A stretch of DNA of 47,317 bases from Sphingomicrobium sp. (GCA_035694565.1 DASSFK010000071.1:1-47317), one strand, 5' to 3'; counted from the first letter of the stretch, positions 28,901 to 37,678 are shown. Made by a program: numbers and translations. Notes: generated by a model from the letters alone, not told the origin.

Positions 28901-30974
28901 CCAGGGCCAGGCCTCGCTCGAGTCATACGAGGGGTCGGCCGCGATCGAAGGCCTGAAGTCGAGTCTCAAGGTCGGTGCGGTGCTGCGCGGCGGCGGGATG
29001 AAGGCCGAGGTTAAGGGCGAGGGCGTCTTCTCGGTCGACATCGGCAAGGTCAAGGAGATGCGCGGCGACTACAGCGACGGCAAGCTCAGCACCCGGTTCG
29101 GCACGGGAGAGGTTACCGGTTCGGTAGTCGTCGGCCCGAATTTCATGGAGGCGCAGAACATCCTGATCAACGATCTCGCGCTCGCCGCAACCAGCTATAC
29201 CGATGGGCCGTTGAAGCTCGGCCTTAAGGCGCTTGTGATCGAAAAGGCGAGGATCGGCAGGGCCCGGCTGGACTACAAGGAGTCGCCCGATCCCGCGACG
29301 CCAGGTGCCAGGATCCTGACGAAGCTCACCATCTCGGACGTCGAGCTGCTTGACACCTTCGCGCGGACATTCCGCTACGAAGGCAGCAGCACGGTCAAGA
29401 CTGCCGACAACAAGGAAGTCACGGCCATGCAGGACATCAGGGCCGACGGTGCACGCATGAAGCGCCTCCAGCTTGGCACGATCGTCCACGATGCGGAGAG
29501 GGCGCAGACGATCCTGTCCGGTTTCAAGCTGGACGCTGGACCGAAAGCGGGGACCTACCAGCAGCCATTCACCATCCGCAACCTGTCAGCGGTCTTCGTC
29601 AGTGGCATCGGCGACAAACCGACCACCACCAAGCTGGTCACCGACGTAGAGGCGGGTCCGCTGGTGGCCGAGCGGATCGTATTCGAGAAGATCTTGCTCG
29701 GCAGCGCGCCAGGTCCCGATGGCAAGCCGGTCCCCGTGACGCGCACCAGCGTCGACGGCGAGTTCACGCTCAGTCGGCTCGGCCTCATCAACCCCAACCT
29801 CACGCTGACGGACACCAAGGGCGACACCTATTTCACCAGCCACGACCGCGGGAGCGTCGAAATTCTCGGCATGAAGCCCCGCTTCCTTTCGAACGGCACC
29901 ATGCTGCTGCCGATCGACGCGGTCGTCGCCAAGAATCTCAAGGTCAAGCACGGCAATATGGAAGTCGCGATCCCATTCGCCAGGATCAGCAAGATCGCTG
30001 TCGGACTTGAAGGGATGGGAACGAAGGAAGGCATCGATCTGCTCGGCGCACGGCTGGAGGAGATCAAGGTTGAGGGTCTGCACTTCACCCTCACCAAGGA
30101 GACGAAGGAGAAGCTCACCGCCGCCGAGCACGCGACCGCCGTCGCCGAATGGGAGAAGGAGATGAAAGCACGGGCGGCAAAGCCGCCGGCCCGGTTCATC
30201 GCCGAGCCCTTGTCCGGAGCCACCGGATCGGCCGAGGGCGAATTCTCCATTCCTTATTTCCCCGATGCCGATGTCGCCGTGGAACTCGATGACGGTGACG
30301 TCGACGTCGATGTCATGCATCCAGTCGCGCCGGGCCTCATGGCCATCATCAGCGGCCTGATTCCGGAACCGAACCTTCGCAAGCTGGTCGAGAAAAAGAT
30401 AAACGATGCGCCCGGGCGCCCGGAACGCGTCAACGAGGCGATGTGGTATCTGAACCACCTCCGGCTCAAGGGCAAATTCAGTCTCGGCGCGGGCCGAATG
30501 GGCATGGACGAGGACCTCGACGGAATACTGGGCAACGGCGACTATTGGGCCGAGCTGACCCGAGTGCGCCCGAACCAGAATATGATCGAGCTGCTGGACT
30601 CGGTGATCGGCGAAGACCTCCAGCTGCGCGTTCCCGAAATCTACGCGGGCAAGGCCGGTTTCGCTGCGGGCCATACCAAATCCCGCAACAACCGGCCCGG
30701 CAAGCAGCGGCTCGGCACGACAGGTCCGATCAGCATCGTCGGAATTAACATCGGGGTGAGTGGCCTCGGCTCGTTCAATCTCCACCTCAGCATCTACGTC
30801 CGCAAGGGCGAGATCCAGGACGTCAAAATCGGCGAGGTCGAGTTCCTGGATCCCCAGAAATTGCTCACTCGCCCGCCGCCATCGGCAACCGACGTCGATC
30901 CGGCGGCCACAGCTACGCCGCCCAAGCCGGCGGCCACTACCAATCCCCAGCCCATTCCGGAGCCCGTCAAATGA
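22947..30974 (+). CDS. Giant (2675 aa) DUF4157 (eCIS core domain) protein with helical repeats and a long beta-rich region
   Basis: 8-kb ORF; N-terminal GRGLLAHEAAHAAQ...EAEAE DUF4157 signature; repeated W-x-x-x-D-x-E-A modules; alternating hydrophobic beta pattern over ~1700 aa. Confidence 0.85.
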   Translation: MSRVLAAAEPTAAEAVSRPAPKRRPSAIREPGMETSALAIGAFAGLPAGAVSDPDGQRALLTALLLEQLAPALGLDPTRIRIRCDPGAAARLDAAGAQGLQEGSNILLHPARFRPETSGGRGLLAHEAAHAAQRLLTGPSDEAEAEREAAAIAEAVIENRRPDRPVVPLRTLRAAADAGQVAAAPDPKQVLVSRQRELAVIRKALSGWWVSDGDVFRVLAILEAVPHAVIEPLLNNLSEKERYWLADNINPPHVYRNRRTALACYQRTLTDARLRDAIDLKVMRALPLFGMTTEEQETAAWILEHLSHAQREELLASDNGAAIAHIMGAPLPSAEELQRIRDESKKAAKAEAELHDKQVAADAQSGIPETQAALDMIKTLLGDKANAGTARRALEVIGEGGVETARFQYLADQLDEAGLIDKLVKLLPVKTLFDTTHGATLFALVRSRLPIKNEELIESQLSYHITSWAIRDDEALYAYKLIKSLPLSAQHKFRLRDGGKWYLRLLENLPTDPSSQRGYPGLEIRKAETQAEIEELRKAGAKQIDEKELLYNASELQEKRLEDVGATTVLNDILAAFREAEKGIYRDHEARGMYVLLAGVGSSVLTAKADKPADRLLREAVVHELDRLGHIDRLFDNLPDSFLFNEENRITTVQIMMARDPSRARAHARELVSTGFTDWMVKDGEAWLAYQCVKALPPDEREAFIAEEPDAWKRILGEMSESQRQASDLNLYVGDKAGTDRASVLGQLAEAQTWTEDNSGIVTNLVRMAISMTEHRFAFAQSEKFLAYAKGPKLAAVVEKFRLYHKVERPHYEPTLLKGTHWYEEGVFATLRQVWGGLVTVVRTDLLLVEGGIGIRTDVRDVQGMMGGNLFGARVADPAKRDADQPLPHPEANKLSLIIRPFDKSAELRLPELELESSNIQMGGSTLQFSRLMLRGLQLEAAFATDQRDQPVRASAEVASVQVDDLLISKSSSMLAIGRLFVGALRAAVATVDAITRPSGSEKQFAVPFLLIVPHLIGMLAVAALPYYIYKKIAGALAQGLDKGITDELLDDVARHAKAISFTLGSLDVDNLSTSGGQHVGHAGLRDFSVQVGLNRSARLRAERASIQARLTALEDKPESKAKREALNGRLAEIDKELNDVAAGEREYIAIMNQLRAGGLSPERQKALQGRLDALHFEDEGKVFIDIGAIETSGLQGQITAKEPIRIAGIHGEGGSASLNRFLALPTVTDAELNRRFVAGDRPLSPLDDGMSGDFRLDIGDVRTGELRIGGGLRTVKDIDAEIEKLKPRREHEAIKPLYESLLLLRPKAERYERTVQHGVSRLDADQLEEFRALRRDLAAQASLIVKSIEIVEAKLDVDFATGAVGFGAASIRVSGIEVPATGLEMDEVIVRGLGLRAVPKGGILGIADWRKNLRDLGAQADSVEVSGARSRYHGLLFEKATLTGPYARLRNRGDKIELGLKRFGVENIGIAPRIGLLQQKLDGMRAQARQAGTAEKPKLEASIRQLEGIISGLQQLVDSRLAAYAQLQRAKTPDEIKAAKDKVAEADAQIAVGLAQYGATEVSLDEFGVAVSGAGDLLTDVLDGGVDPLAVLKRGGVSVQGTGPNKRLFKNFSVHGGQMSADAPMSKDKSISGEVGSFEIGETRLDVNARMEGQSIVVGVPDFSLASLSIESFLFTSAEAGGSLQFWSDGKSGIEGIKFVGEVRLDPKVENPAGLADYRLAHLTVNSFRIDAIRASGLGLAIPNEKLEVTIKSGAITGIYAEGMDVDLPADAKAAPIVTGKAGIEAIDDVIIGKAVAGAWQVDGGKIRMRKLEAAFLKEGEIEASLGSLSLLGFGVRGPDGWVRFSLADMGANLHYKNGILDVRDFHIGRFEVSALHWRAGAKGMVDADQPVVLSDLRVSALAEIAKPAADGKKPAHPISRLMIRKLHVGGFEAKHLKYQDEDYVVEIGREQYRQPKYLQGFKGIELKNLDIWDLEWKEGKGLTQGQASLESYEGSAAIEGLKSSLKVGAVLRGGGMKAEVKGEGVFSVDIGKVKEMRGDYSDGKLSTRFGTGEVTGSVVVGPNFMEAQNILINDLALAATSYTDGPLKLGLKALVIEKARIGRARLDYKESPDPATPGARILTKLTISDVELLDTFARTFRYEGSSTVKTADNKEVTAMQDIRADGARMKRLQLGTIVHDAERAQTILSGFKLDAGPKAGTYQQPFTIRNLSAVFVSGIGDKPTTTKLVTDVEAGPLVAERIVFEKILLGSAPGPDGKPVPVTRTSVDGEFTLSRLGLINPNLTLTDTKGDTYFTSHDRGSVEILGMKPRFLSNGTMLLPIDAVVAKNLKVKHGNMEVAIPFARISKIAVGLEGMGTKEGIDLLGARLEEIKVEGLHFTLTKETKEKLTAAEHATAVAEWEKEMKARAAKPPARFIAEPLSGATGSAEGEFSIPYFPDADVAVELDDGDVDVDVMHPVAPGLMAIISGLIPEPNLRKLVEKKINDAPGRPERVNEAMWYLNHLRLKGKFSLGAGRMGMDEDLDGILGNGDYWAELTRVRPNQNMIELLDSVIGEDLQLRVPEIYAGKAGFAAGHTKSRNNRPGKQRLGTTGPISIVGINIGVSGLGSFNLHLSIYVRKGEIQDVKIGEVEFLDPQKLLTRPPPSATDVDPAATATPPKPAATTNPQPIPEPVK

Positions 30975-31789
30975 GCCGTGCCCGCACCTCCGCCAGTCCG
31001 GAAGCCGCCAAGGGCGTGACGCAGTTCCCGTCAGTCCCTCTTCCGTCGGTCGACCGCGACTACTTCGAACGCCGCTTCGACGCCGATTTCACAAAGGTTC
31101 GCGTTCACACGGGGCCAGAGGCGGCGCTGCTGGCCGCGTCGATGGGAGCCAAGGCCTTCGCGACAGGAAACCATATCGTTTTTGGACCGGGCCGCTTCGC
31201 TCCAGGGACGACGCCGGGCAAGACCTTGCTGGCCCATGAGCTGGGCCATGTCGCGCAACAGCAGAGAGGTGCCGATGGCCACATCCAGGCGGCGGCGCCC
31301 GCAGAACAGCGGGCCAGAACGGCGGCCGCCACGGCGGCGCGCGGCGGCGACGTTTCCGAAGCAGCACTCGGCCAGTCCGGCCCCGGAGTGCAGTGCGACG
31401 AAGAGGAGAAACCGCCAGGAAGCGTGCTTCCACCGATGCCGCCTCTCAAGCTCAACGCCGATCCTATCGATTGGGGTCCGATCCGGGGCTCCTACTGGGC
31501 GCGCGGCCGGCCTTTGACGCTTCCCGACATTAAATCGGTCGAGGGGGAGTGGGCGCGAAGCTCGCAGCTGCTTGATACGCTTGGCATCAACGATCGCTTC
31601 AAGCTCAGCCTCCCGTTCATCGGCACGTGGACGAAGGACAGAATCCTCAATCTCGGCATTCAGAAGCAGGTCGAGGATCTCAACCAGCGCGAAAATCCGA
31701 GCGGATTTGATCGCATGAACCAGCGCTGGGAAGCCGAACATCCCGGATTCAAAACTCCCATCATCCCGCTCTTTGAAAAGAAATTCTGA
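30971..31789 (+). CDS. DUF4157 (eCIS core domain) protein with short unknown C-terminal domain
   Basis: FERRFDADFTKVRVHTG; AKAFATGNHIVFG; LLAHELGHVAQQ. Confidence 0.9.
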   Translation: MSRARTSASPEAAKGVTQFPSVPLPSVDRDYFERRFDADFTKVRVHTGPEAALLAASMGAKAFATGNHIVFGPGRFAPGTTPGKTLLAHELGHVAQQQRGADGHIQAAAPAEQRARTAAATAARGGDVSEAALGQSGPGVQCDEEEKPPGSVLPPMPPLKLNADPIDWGPIRGSYWARGRPLTLPDIKSVEGEWARSSQLLDTLGINDRFKLSLPFIGTWTKDRILNLGIQKQVEDLNQRENPSGFDRMNQRWEAEHPGFKTPIIPLFEKKF

Positions 31790-31817
31790 TGGCGCCCGCG
31801 ACACATGGAGCCGGTCG

Positions 31818-32441
31818 ATGAAACTGAACGGCGGAATCGTGCTGATCGACCCCGAAACCGCGGCGGCGCAGCGGATAATCGCCTTTGAGATCAATCCGGA
31901 CACGGTCACCCGCACCTTCCAGGTGCGCGGCGTCGCCGGCGAGGGTGGAGACCGGGCCGAGGGGCTGCGGCTCAAGGGGCCGCCGGTCGAGACGCTCAAG
32001 CTCGAGGTCCAGCTCGACGCGCTGATCGGCTCGGGCAACGCCACGATCGACGAAGTCGGGCTACATCCGCAGCTCGCCGCGCTCGAGCTGCTGGTTTACC
32101 CGGCGAGCACCGCGCTAGCGGCCGAGAACAGCAAGGCGGCCTCGGGCACGCTCGAGATTGCGCCGGCGATGGGACCTCTCCCCCTGCTGGTATGGGGTCC
32201 GAAGCGGATCGTGCCTGTACGGGTGACCGAGCTGTCGATCACCGAGGAGGAATTCGACGAGAACCTCAACCCGGTGCGGGCCAAGGTCAGCCTCGGCCTG
32301 CGCGTGCTCACGGTCGACGATCTCGGCTTCAGTGCCAAGGGCGGCAACCTGTTCATGACCCATCTCGTCGCGCGCGAGCAACTCGCCGGACGGGCACCGG
32401 CGGCGACCTTCGGCGCGCTCGGAATTGACGGCATCCCGTGA
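31818..32441 (+). CDS. CIS tube-initiator-like protein (Afp7 N-terminal-like)
   Basis: FEINPDTVTR; LLVWGPKRIVPVRVTELSITEEEFDENLNPVRAKVSLGLRVL. Confidence 0.8.
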   Translation: MKLNGGIVLIDPETAAAQRIIAFEINPDTVTRTFQVRGVAGEGGDRAEGLRLKGPPVETLKLEVQLDALIGSGNATIDEVGLHPQLAALELLVYPASTALAAENSKAASGTLEIAPAMGPLPLLVWGPKRIVPVRVTELSITEEEFDENLNPVRAKVSLGLRVLTVDDLGFSAKGGNLFMTHLVAREQLAGRAPAATFGALGIDGIP

Positions 32442-32454
32442 GGAAGGAAAGGCG

Positions 32455-32781
32455 ATGACGACCTACAATTTTCCGCCGACTAGCCGCTACTACGGCCTTC
32501 CGTTAGCGAACTTCGAGCCGGTCGAGGGCGACCCGGTGGTCTATCTGACCCGCCGCTTCGTGCCCGGATCGGACCGCTTCGCGACGACCGGCTGGCACAT
32601 CGTCACCGAAGGTGAGCGCATGGACATCGTCGCGGCGGGCGCACTGGGCGATGCCGAGGCGTTCTGGCGGATCTGCGACGCCAACGACGCCATGCGGCCC
32701 GACGACCTCACCGCCGAGATCGGCCGGCGGATCCGGCTGACCATGCCCGAGGGCCTGCCCGGTCCGGCGACGAACGGGTGA
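32455..32781 (+). CDS. LysM-like baseplate protein (Afp7 C-terminal-like)
   Basis: TSRY; HIVTEGERMDIVAAGALGDAEAFWRICDAN; AGGAAGG RBS. Confidence 0.85.
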   Translation: MTTYNFPPTSRYYGLPLANFEPVEGDPVVYLTRRFVPGSDRFATTGWHIVTEGERMDIVAAGALGDAEAFWRICDANDAMRPDDLTAEIGRRIRLTMPEGLPGPATNG

Positions 32782-32794
32782 CGGAGGCGGCCGC

Positions 32795-33916
32795 GTGCAG
32801 GGCATCGACCTCACCTTGCTGATCGGACCGGGCTTGCCGGTCCCGCCGCCCAAGGCGGTGATCGACGCGGTGAGCGCGATCGAGGTGACCAGCGGCAAGG
32901 ACACCAGCGGGTTCCAGATCACGTTCGCCGTCGGCAAGGATTCGTCGCTGCTCAACACGATGCTGCCGGCCGGCTACTTCGACCCGATCACCACGCGGGT
33001 GATCATCGTCGTCACCCTCGGCGGCTTTCCGCACGTGCTGATGGACGGGGTGGTCACCCAGCAGGAGCTGAACCCGAGCAGCGAGCCCGGCCAGTCGACG
33101 CTGACGGTCCGCGGCAGCGACCTGTCGGTGCTGATGGACATAGTCGAGGTCGTCACGCCGTTCCCGGCGATGAACGACACGGTCCAAGCCTATGCGGTGC
33201 TCGCGCCCTACATGGTGTTCGGCGTGGTCCCGATCGTCATTCCGGCCTTCATTCCCGAGATCAAGATACCCACCAAGAAGTCCGACACCCAGACCGGCAC
33301 GCATCTCCAGCATCTGAAGAAGCTCGCCAAGACCAACGGGTTCGTGTTCTACGTCGAGCCGGGGCCGCTGCCCGGGCAGAGCATCGCCTACATGGGCCCC
33401 AACATCCGCATCCCGGTCCCGCAGCCGGCGCTGTCGGTCAACATGGATGCGCACACCAATGTAGAGGAGCTCAGCTTCACCCTCGACGGGCTGGCGAAGG
33501 AGTCATTCCTTGTCACCATCTACGATCCGGTCAGCGGCAAGATCCTGATCCCGGTGCCGATCCCGAGCGTGAACATCTTCCAGCCGCCGCTCGGCGCAAG
33601 GCCAACCTTCCCCGCCAAGATGCTCCAGTTCCGCGACGGCGATTCCGATGTCCCGTTCACCGCGAAGAAAATCCTGGGGCGAATGCTGGTCGGGGCGGCG
33701 AACGCCATCACCGCCAGCGGCAGCCTCAACGTGCTGCGCTACGGCCACGTGTTGCGCTCGAAGGCAATGGTCGGCGTGCGCGGTGCGGGGCTCGCCTACG
33801 ACGGGCTCTATTACGTCGACAGCGTCACGCACAAGATCAAGGCCGGCGAGTTCAAGCAGAGCTTCAAGCTCAGCCGCGACGGCCTCATCTCGCTCACTCC
33901 GAAGGTACCGGTCTGA
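32795..33916 (+). CDS. Baseplate hub, GpD/gp27-like (Afp8 N-terminal-like)
   Basis: SGFQITF; LTVRGSDLSVLMD; NGFVFYVEPGP; VGVRGAGLAYDGLYYVDSVTHKI. Confidence 0.8.
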   Translation: MQGIDLTLLIGPGLPVPPPKAVIDAVSAIEVTSGKDTSGFQITFAVGKDSSLLNTMLPAGYFDPITTRVIIVVTLGGFPHVLMDGVVTQQELNPSSEPGQSTLTVRGSDLSVLMDIVEVVTPFPAMNDTVQAYAVLAPYMVFGVVPIVIPAFIPEIKIPTKKSDTQTGTHLQHLKKLAKTNGFVFYVEPGPLPGQSIAYMGPNIRIPVPQPALSVNMDAHTNVEELSFTLDGLAKESFLVTIYDPVSGKILIPVPIPSVNIFQPPLGARPTFPAKMLQFRDGDSDVPFTAKKILGRMLVGAANAITASGSLNVLRYGHVLRSKAMVGVRGAGLAYDGLYYVDSVTHKIKAGEFKQSFKLSRDGLISLTPKVPV

Positions 33917-34452
33917 TGGACGAAGCCCCCCACGATCATTGGCCGGGCCTCTACCGCGGCACGGTCACGATCAACGTCGACCCCGAGAAGCGCGGGCGGC
34001 TGCTGCTCAACGTTCCCAACGTGCTCGGTTACATCCCGACCACCTGGGCCGAACCGTGCGCGCCGCTCGCCGGGCCGACCGGCCCCGGCATGGGCGTGCA
34101 CCTGGTGCCGCCGCCTGGCGCCGGGGTGTGGGTGATGTTCGAGCGCGGCGACGTCAACCAGCCGGTCTGGCTCGGCTGCCGCTTCGACCTGCCGAGCGAC
34201 GTTCCGGTACTGGCCAATGCCGGGAACCCGCTTGATCCAAATATCGTCATCACCTCGCTGCTCCAGCACACGATCATGGTCAGCGACATGCCGCCGTCGC
34301 CGGCGACCGGCGGGATCATCCTGAAGAGCACGACCGGGGCGATGATCGTGGTGAACGATTCTGGGATCTACATTTCGAACGGCAAGGGCGCGTCGATCAC
34401 CATGGTCGGCCCGCTGATCGACATGAACATGGGCGCGATGACCATCAAGTGA
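33916..34452 (+). CDS. Spike protein, gp5/GpV OB-fold (Afp8 C-terminal-like)
   Basis: GLYRGTV..NVDPEKRGRL; WAEPC; PPPGAGVWVMFERGDVNQPVWLG. Confidence 0.9.
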   Translation: MDEAPHDHWPGLYRGTVTINVDPEKRGRLLLNVPNVLGYIPTTWAEPCAPLAGPTGPGMGVHLVPPPGAGVWVMFERGDVNQPVWLGCRFDLPSDVPVLANAGNPLDPNIVITSLLQHTIMVSDMPPSPATGGIILKSTTGAMIVVNDSGIYISNGKGASITMVGPLIDMNMGAMTIK

Positions 34453-34464
34453 GGAGCGACGGCG

Positions 34465-34809
34465 ATGCCGGGATTTATGCTGCACACGCTGGCCGACATG
34501 AAGTGCCTCCACCAGGCACCGGCGACGATCCCGCCCGCGCAGACCCGCGTGCTGGTCAGCGCCCAGCCGGCGGCGACGATGGCAAGCCAGATCACCGTCG
34601 CCGGCTGCCCGTTCACCACCCCCGAGCCCAAGCCGCAGCCGTGCCTGATCGTCAAATGGTCGATGCCGACCACGCGGGTGCTGATCATGGGCCAGCCGGT
34701 GATGGTGCAGGCGGCGCCGGGGCCCGGCGCCGGCGTCGGCATGAGCGGGCCCATCCCCAACGGCCCGCCGGTGCTCGGCAAGTTCCAGATGCGCGTATTC
34801 GCGATGTAA
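34465..34809 (+). CDS. PAAR-like spike tip protein (Afp10-like)
   Basis: CLH...VAGCPF...PQPC...W...TRV Cys/His pattern; located directly after the spike gene. Confidence 0.75.
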   Translation: MPGFMLHTLADMKCLHQAPATIPPAQTRVLVSAQPAATMASQITVAGCPFTTPEPKPQPCLIVKWSMPTTRVLIMGQPVMVQAAPGPGAGVGMSGPIPNGPPVLGKFQMRVFAM

Positions 34810-34825
34810 CCGCGAGGAGATCGGC

Positions 34826-35182
34826 ATGCAGATCGACTATCCCTACGGCATCGGCAGGCGCGGTCGGACCGCGACCACGGATTACGACGAACATGTCCGC
34901 GACATGATCGAGCAGCTGATCTTCACCAGCCACGGCGAGCGGGTGAACCGGCCCGATTTCGGCAGCGGCGCGCGCCAGCTGGTGTTTGCGCCGAACAGCC
35001 CCGAGCTCGCCGCCACGGTCGAGTTCACGCTGCAGGCGGCGCTGCAGCAGTGGCTCGGCGACGTGATCGAGATCGGCGAGCTCAGTGTCACCGCCGACGA
35101 CAGCCGGCTAACGATCGACCTTCATTATCTGGTGCGCGCGACGGGTGTGATGGTGCGGACCGCCGTCGAGCGGCCGAACTGA
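34826..35182 (+). CDS. GPW/gp25 baseplate wedge protein (Afp9-like)
   Basis: IEQLIFTSHGERVNRPDFGSG. Confidence 0.9.
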   Translation: MQIDYPYGIGRRGRTATTDYDEHVRDMIEQLIFTSHGERVNRPDFGSGARQLVFAPNSPELAATVEFTLQAALQQWLGDVIEIGELSVTADDSRLTIDLHYLVRATGVMVRTAVERPN

Positions 35183-35196
35183 GGAGGGAGGACGGG

Positions 35197-37668
35197 ATGG
35201 TGCTCACATGCTCCACCGATTTGCGCCGGCACGCGGTGCGGCGCTTCGCCGGGCGCAACGGCCTAGACTATCTCGAGGTCGGGCCGGACCAGCAGACGCT
35301 CCACGTCTACCTGCTCGGCAAGCTGCCAGAGGCGCTGGCGCAGGACAGCGCTGACCTGCCGCGGCATTTCCGGATCGACGGCGGCGACGTCATCTCCGGC
35401 ATCAAGGTCCTCGACGTCGACCCGGTCGTCGATTCCGACCCGGAAGTCGACGACGTCCTTGTGCTCCGGCTCGACCGGCGCGGCGATTTCTCGACCTACA
35501 CGCTGCGCCTGGTCGACGTCGACGACGTCGACCCGCACTACGCGTCGCTCGATTTCTCGTTCAAGGTCGACTGCCCTTCGGACGTCGACTGCCGCCCCGA
35601 CTGTGATTGCCCGCCGGCCTCGCTCGACGAGCCGCGGCTCAACTACCTGGCCAAAGACTATGCGAGCTTCCGCCAACTGCTGTTCGACCGCATGGCGCTG
35701 CTCGTGCCCGACTGGACCGAGCGCCATGTCCCGGACGTCGGCGTCACCCTGGTCGAGTTGCTCGCTTATGTCGGCGACTACCTGAGCTATCACCAGGACG
35801 CGGTCGCGACTGAAGCCTATCTCGGCACGGCGCGGCAGCGCATCTCGGTGCGGCGGCATGCTCGGCTGGTTGACTATCGGGTGCACGAGGGCTGCAACGC
35901 GCGGGCCTGGGTGCATGTCGGGGTGTCGACCGATCCGCCGCCTTTGCCGGACGACAAGGTTGCGTTCGTCACCGGGCTCGATCCGTCGCTGGGGCCTGCC
36001 GAGAAGCCAATCGCCGAAGCCACGCTCGCCGGGGTCGCCCCCTCCGCGTTCAGTTGGTTCGAGCCGGCCGAGCCGCTGCGGCTGCGTGAGGCGCACAACA
36101 GGATCGAGATCTACAGATGGGGGCAACGCGAATGCTGCCTCGAAATAGGCTCGACCCGGGCCACCCTGGTCGACGCATGGACCGGTGACGACGACGGCCG
36201 CGCGCTCGATCTCGAGGTCGGCGACGCGCTGCTGTTCGAGGAGGTGAAGGGCGCGCGAACCGGCGTCGACGCTGACTTCGATCCCTCAAAGCGCTGGGTC
36301 GTTCGCCTGACCCGGGTCGAGCGGACCGAGGATCCGCTCTACCTCCATTCCGATGGCGAGGTGGAGCGGCCAACCGCCCTCGTCGACGTGGAATGGTCCG
36401 CGGCTGACGCCTTGCCGTTTGCGCTTTGCCTTTCCGCGATCGGCGAAGCGCCCGACTGCCCGGTCCTCGATGGGGTGACGGTGGCGCGGGGCAACATCGT
36501 CCTCGTCGATCATGGTCGCACCGTCGGTGAGCCGCTGCCGCCAGTGCCCGAACGGATCGACAGCGCCTGCTGCGAATGCGCCGGACAGCCGGCCGAGATC
36601 GCGCGCCGGGCTGGCCACTACCGGCCGCGCCTGGCCGGGGTGCCGCTGGTCCATCGCGTCGAGCCCGACACTGGTCCGGCGAGCAAGGCGCTCGTGCAGG
36701 ACCCGCGCTGCGCGCTCCCGGCCGTGGTGCTCGAAGGGGAAGACGGATCGGCCTGGTGGCCGGCTCCCGACTTGGTCGGCGCTGGCGGCGACGACCGCCA
36801 GTTCGTCGCCGAGATCGACAACGACCAGGTCACCTGGCTGCGCTTCGGCGACGGGTGGCTCGGCCGCGAACCCGATCCTGGCGTCGCGCTCGCCGCCCGC
36901 TACCGCGTCGGCGGCGGTCGCGACGGCAACGTAGGGGCCGAGGCGATTTGTCGGATCGTCCTCGACGACAAGCTCAAGGTTGGCGGCGTTGACTTCACCG
37001 TGCGCAATCCGATCGCGGCCGCGGGCGGCACCGATCCGGAACCCCTGGCCCAGGCCAAGCTGCACGCGCCGGGCGCCTTCCGTCGTCGCCAACGGCGCGC
37101 GATCACCGCCGACGATTATGCCGAGGCCGCGCGGCATCATCCCGACCTGCAGCGGGCAGCCGCCCGCTTGGTCTGGACCGGTGGCTGGTGGGAAGCAGTG
37201 GTAGCGATCGACCCTCTCGGCCGCGAGAGCGCCGATCCGGCGCTCGTCGCCGAGCTCGAGCGGCGACTCGAGGCCTATCGCCGCATCGGTCACGACCTAC
37301 GGGTCTGCGCCGCCGCTTATGTGCCGATCGAACTCAAGGTCGAGATCTGCGCGCTACCCGAGCATGACCGCGGCCAGGTCCGCAAGGCGGTCGAAAAGAA
37401 ACTGGTCGGCGCAGATGGCTGGTTCCAGCCCGACCGGCTGAGCTTCGGGGGTGGCGTGTTCGTCAGCCGGATCGTGGCCGAGGTGGTGGCCGTGCCTGGG
37501 GTCGAATGCGCGACGGTAACCGTGCTCAACCGGCGGTTCCAGCATCCCAACGGGGAGCTCGAGGCAGGCGTGCTGCCGCTAGAGGCGCACGAGATCGCGC
37601 AGCTCGCCAATGATCCCAATCATCCCGAGCGCGGCCAGCTGGAGCTGGTCGTGGGCGGCGGACGCTAG
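35197..37668 (+). CDS. Baseplate J-like protein (Afp11-like)
   Basis: NYLAKDYASFRQ; PDVGVTLVELLAY; EAYLGTARQR; LRFGDG; GGTDPE; RAITADDY. Confidence 0.9.
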   Translation: MVLTCSTDLRRHAVRRFAGRNGLDYLEVGPDQQTLHVYLLGKLPEALAQDSADLPRHFRIDGGDVISGIKVLDVDPVVDSDPEVDDVLVLRLDRRGDFSTYTLRLVDVDDVDPHYASLDFSFKVDCPSDVDCRPDCDCPPASLDEPRLNYLAKDYASFRQLLFDRMALLVPDWTERHVPDVGVTLVELLAYVGDYLSYHQDAVATEAYLGTARQRISVRRHARLVDYRVHEGCNARAWVHVGVSTDPPPLPDDKVAFVTGLDPSLGPAEKPIAEATLAGVAPSAFSWFEPAEPLRLREAHNRIEIYRWGQRECCLEIGSTRATLVDAWTGDDDGRALDLEVGDALLFEEVKGARTGVDADFDPSKRWVVRLTRVERTEDPLYLHSDGEVERPTALVDVEWSAADALPFALCLSAIGEAPDCPVLDGVTVARGNIVLVDHGRTVGEPLPPVPERIDSACCECAGQPAEIARRAGHYRPRLAGVPLVHRVEPDTGPASKALVQDPRCALPAVVLEGEDGSAWWPAPDLVGAGGDDRQFVAEIDNDQVTWLRFGDGWLGREPDPGVALAARYRVGGGRDGNVGAEAICRIVLDDKLKVGGVDFTVRNPIAAAGGTDPEPLAQAKLHAPGAFRRRQRRAITADDYAEAARHHPDLQRAAARLVWTGGWWEAVVAIDPLGRESADPALVAELERRLEAYRRIGHDLRVCAAAYVPIELKVEICALPEHDRGQVRKAVEKKLVGADGWFQPDRLSFGGGVFVSRIVAEVVAVPGVECATVTVLNRRFQHPNGELEAGVLPLEAHEIAQLANDPNHPERGQLELVVGGGR

Positions 37669-37678
37669 GAGACGAAAG

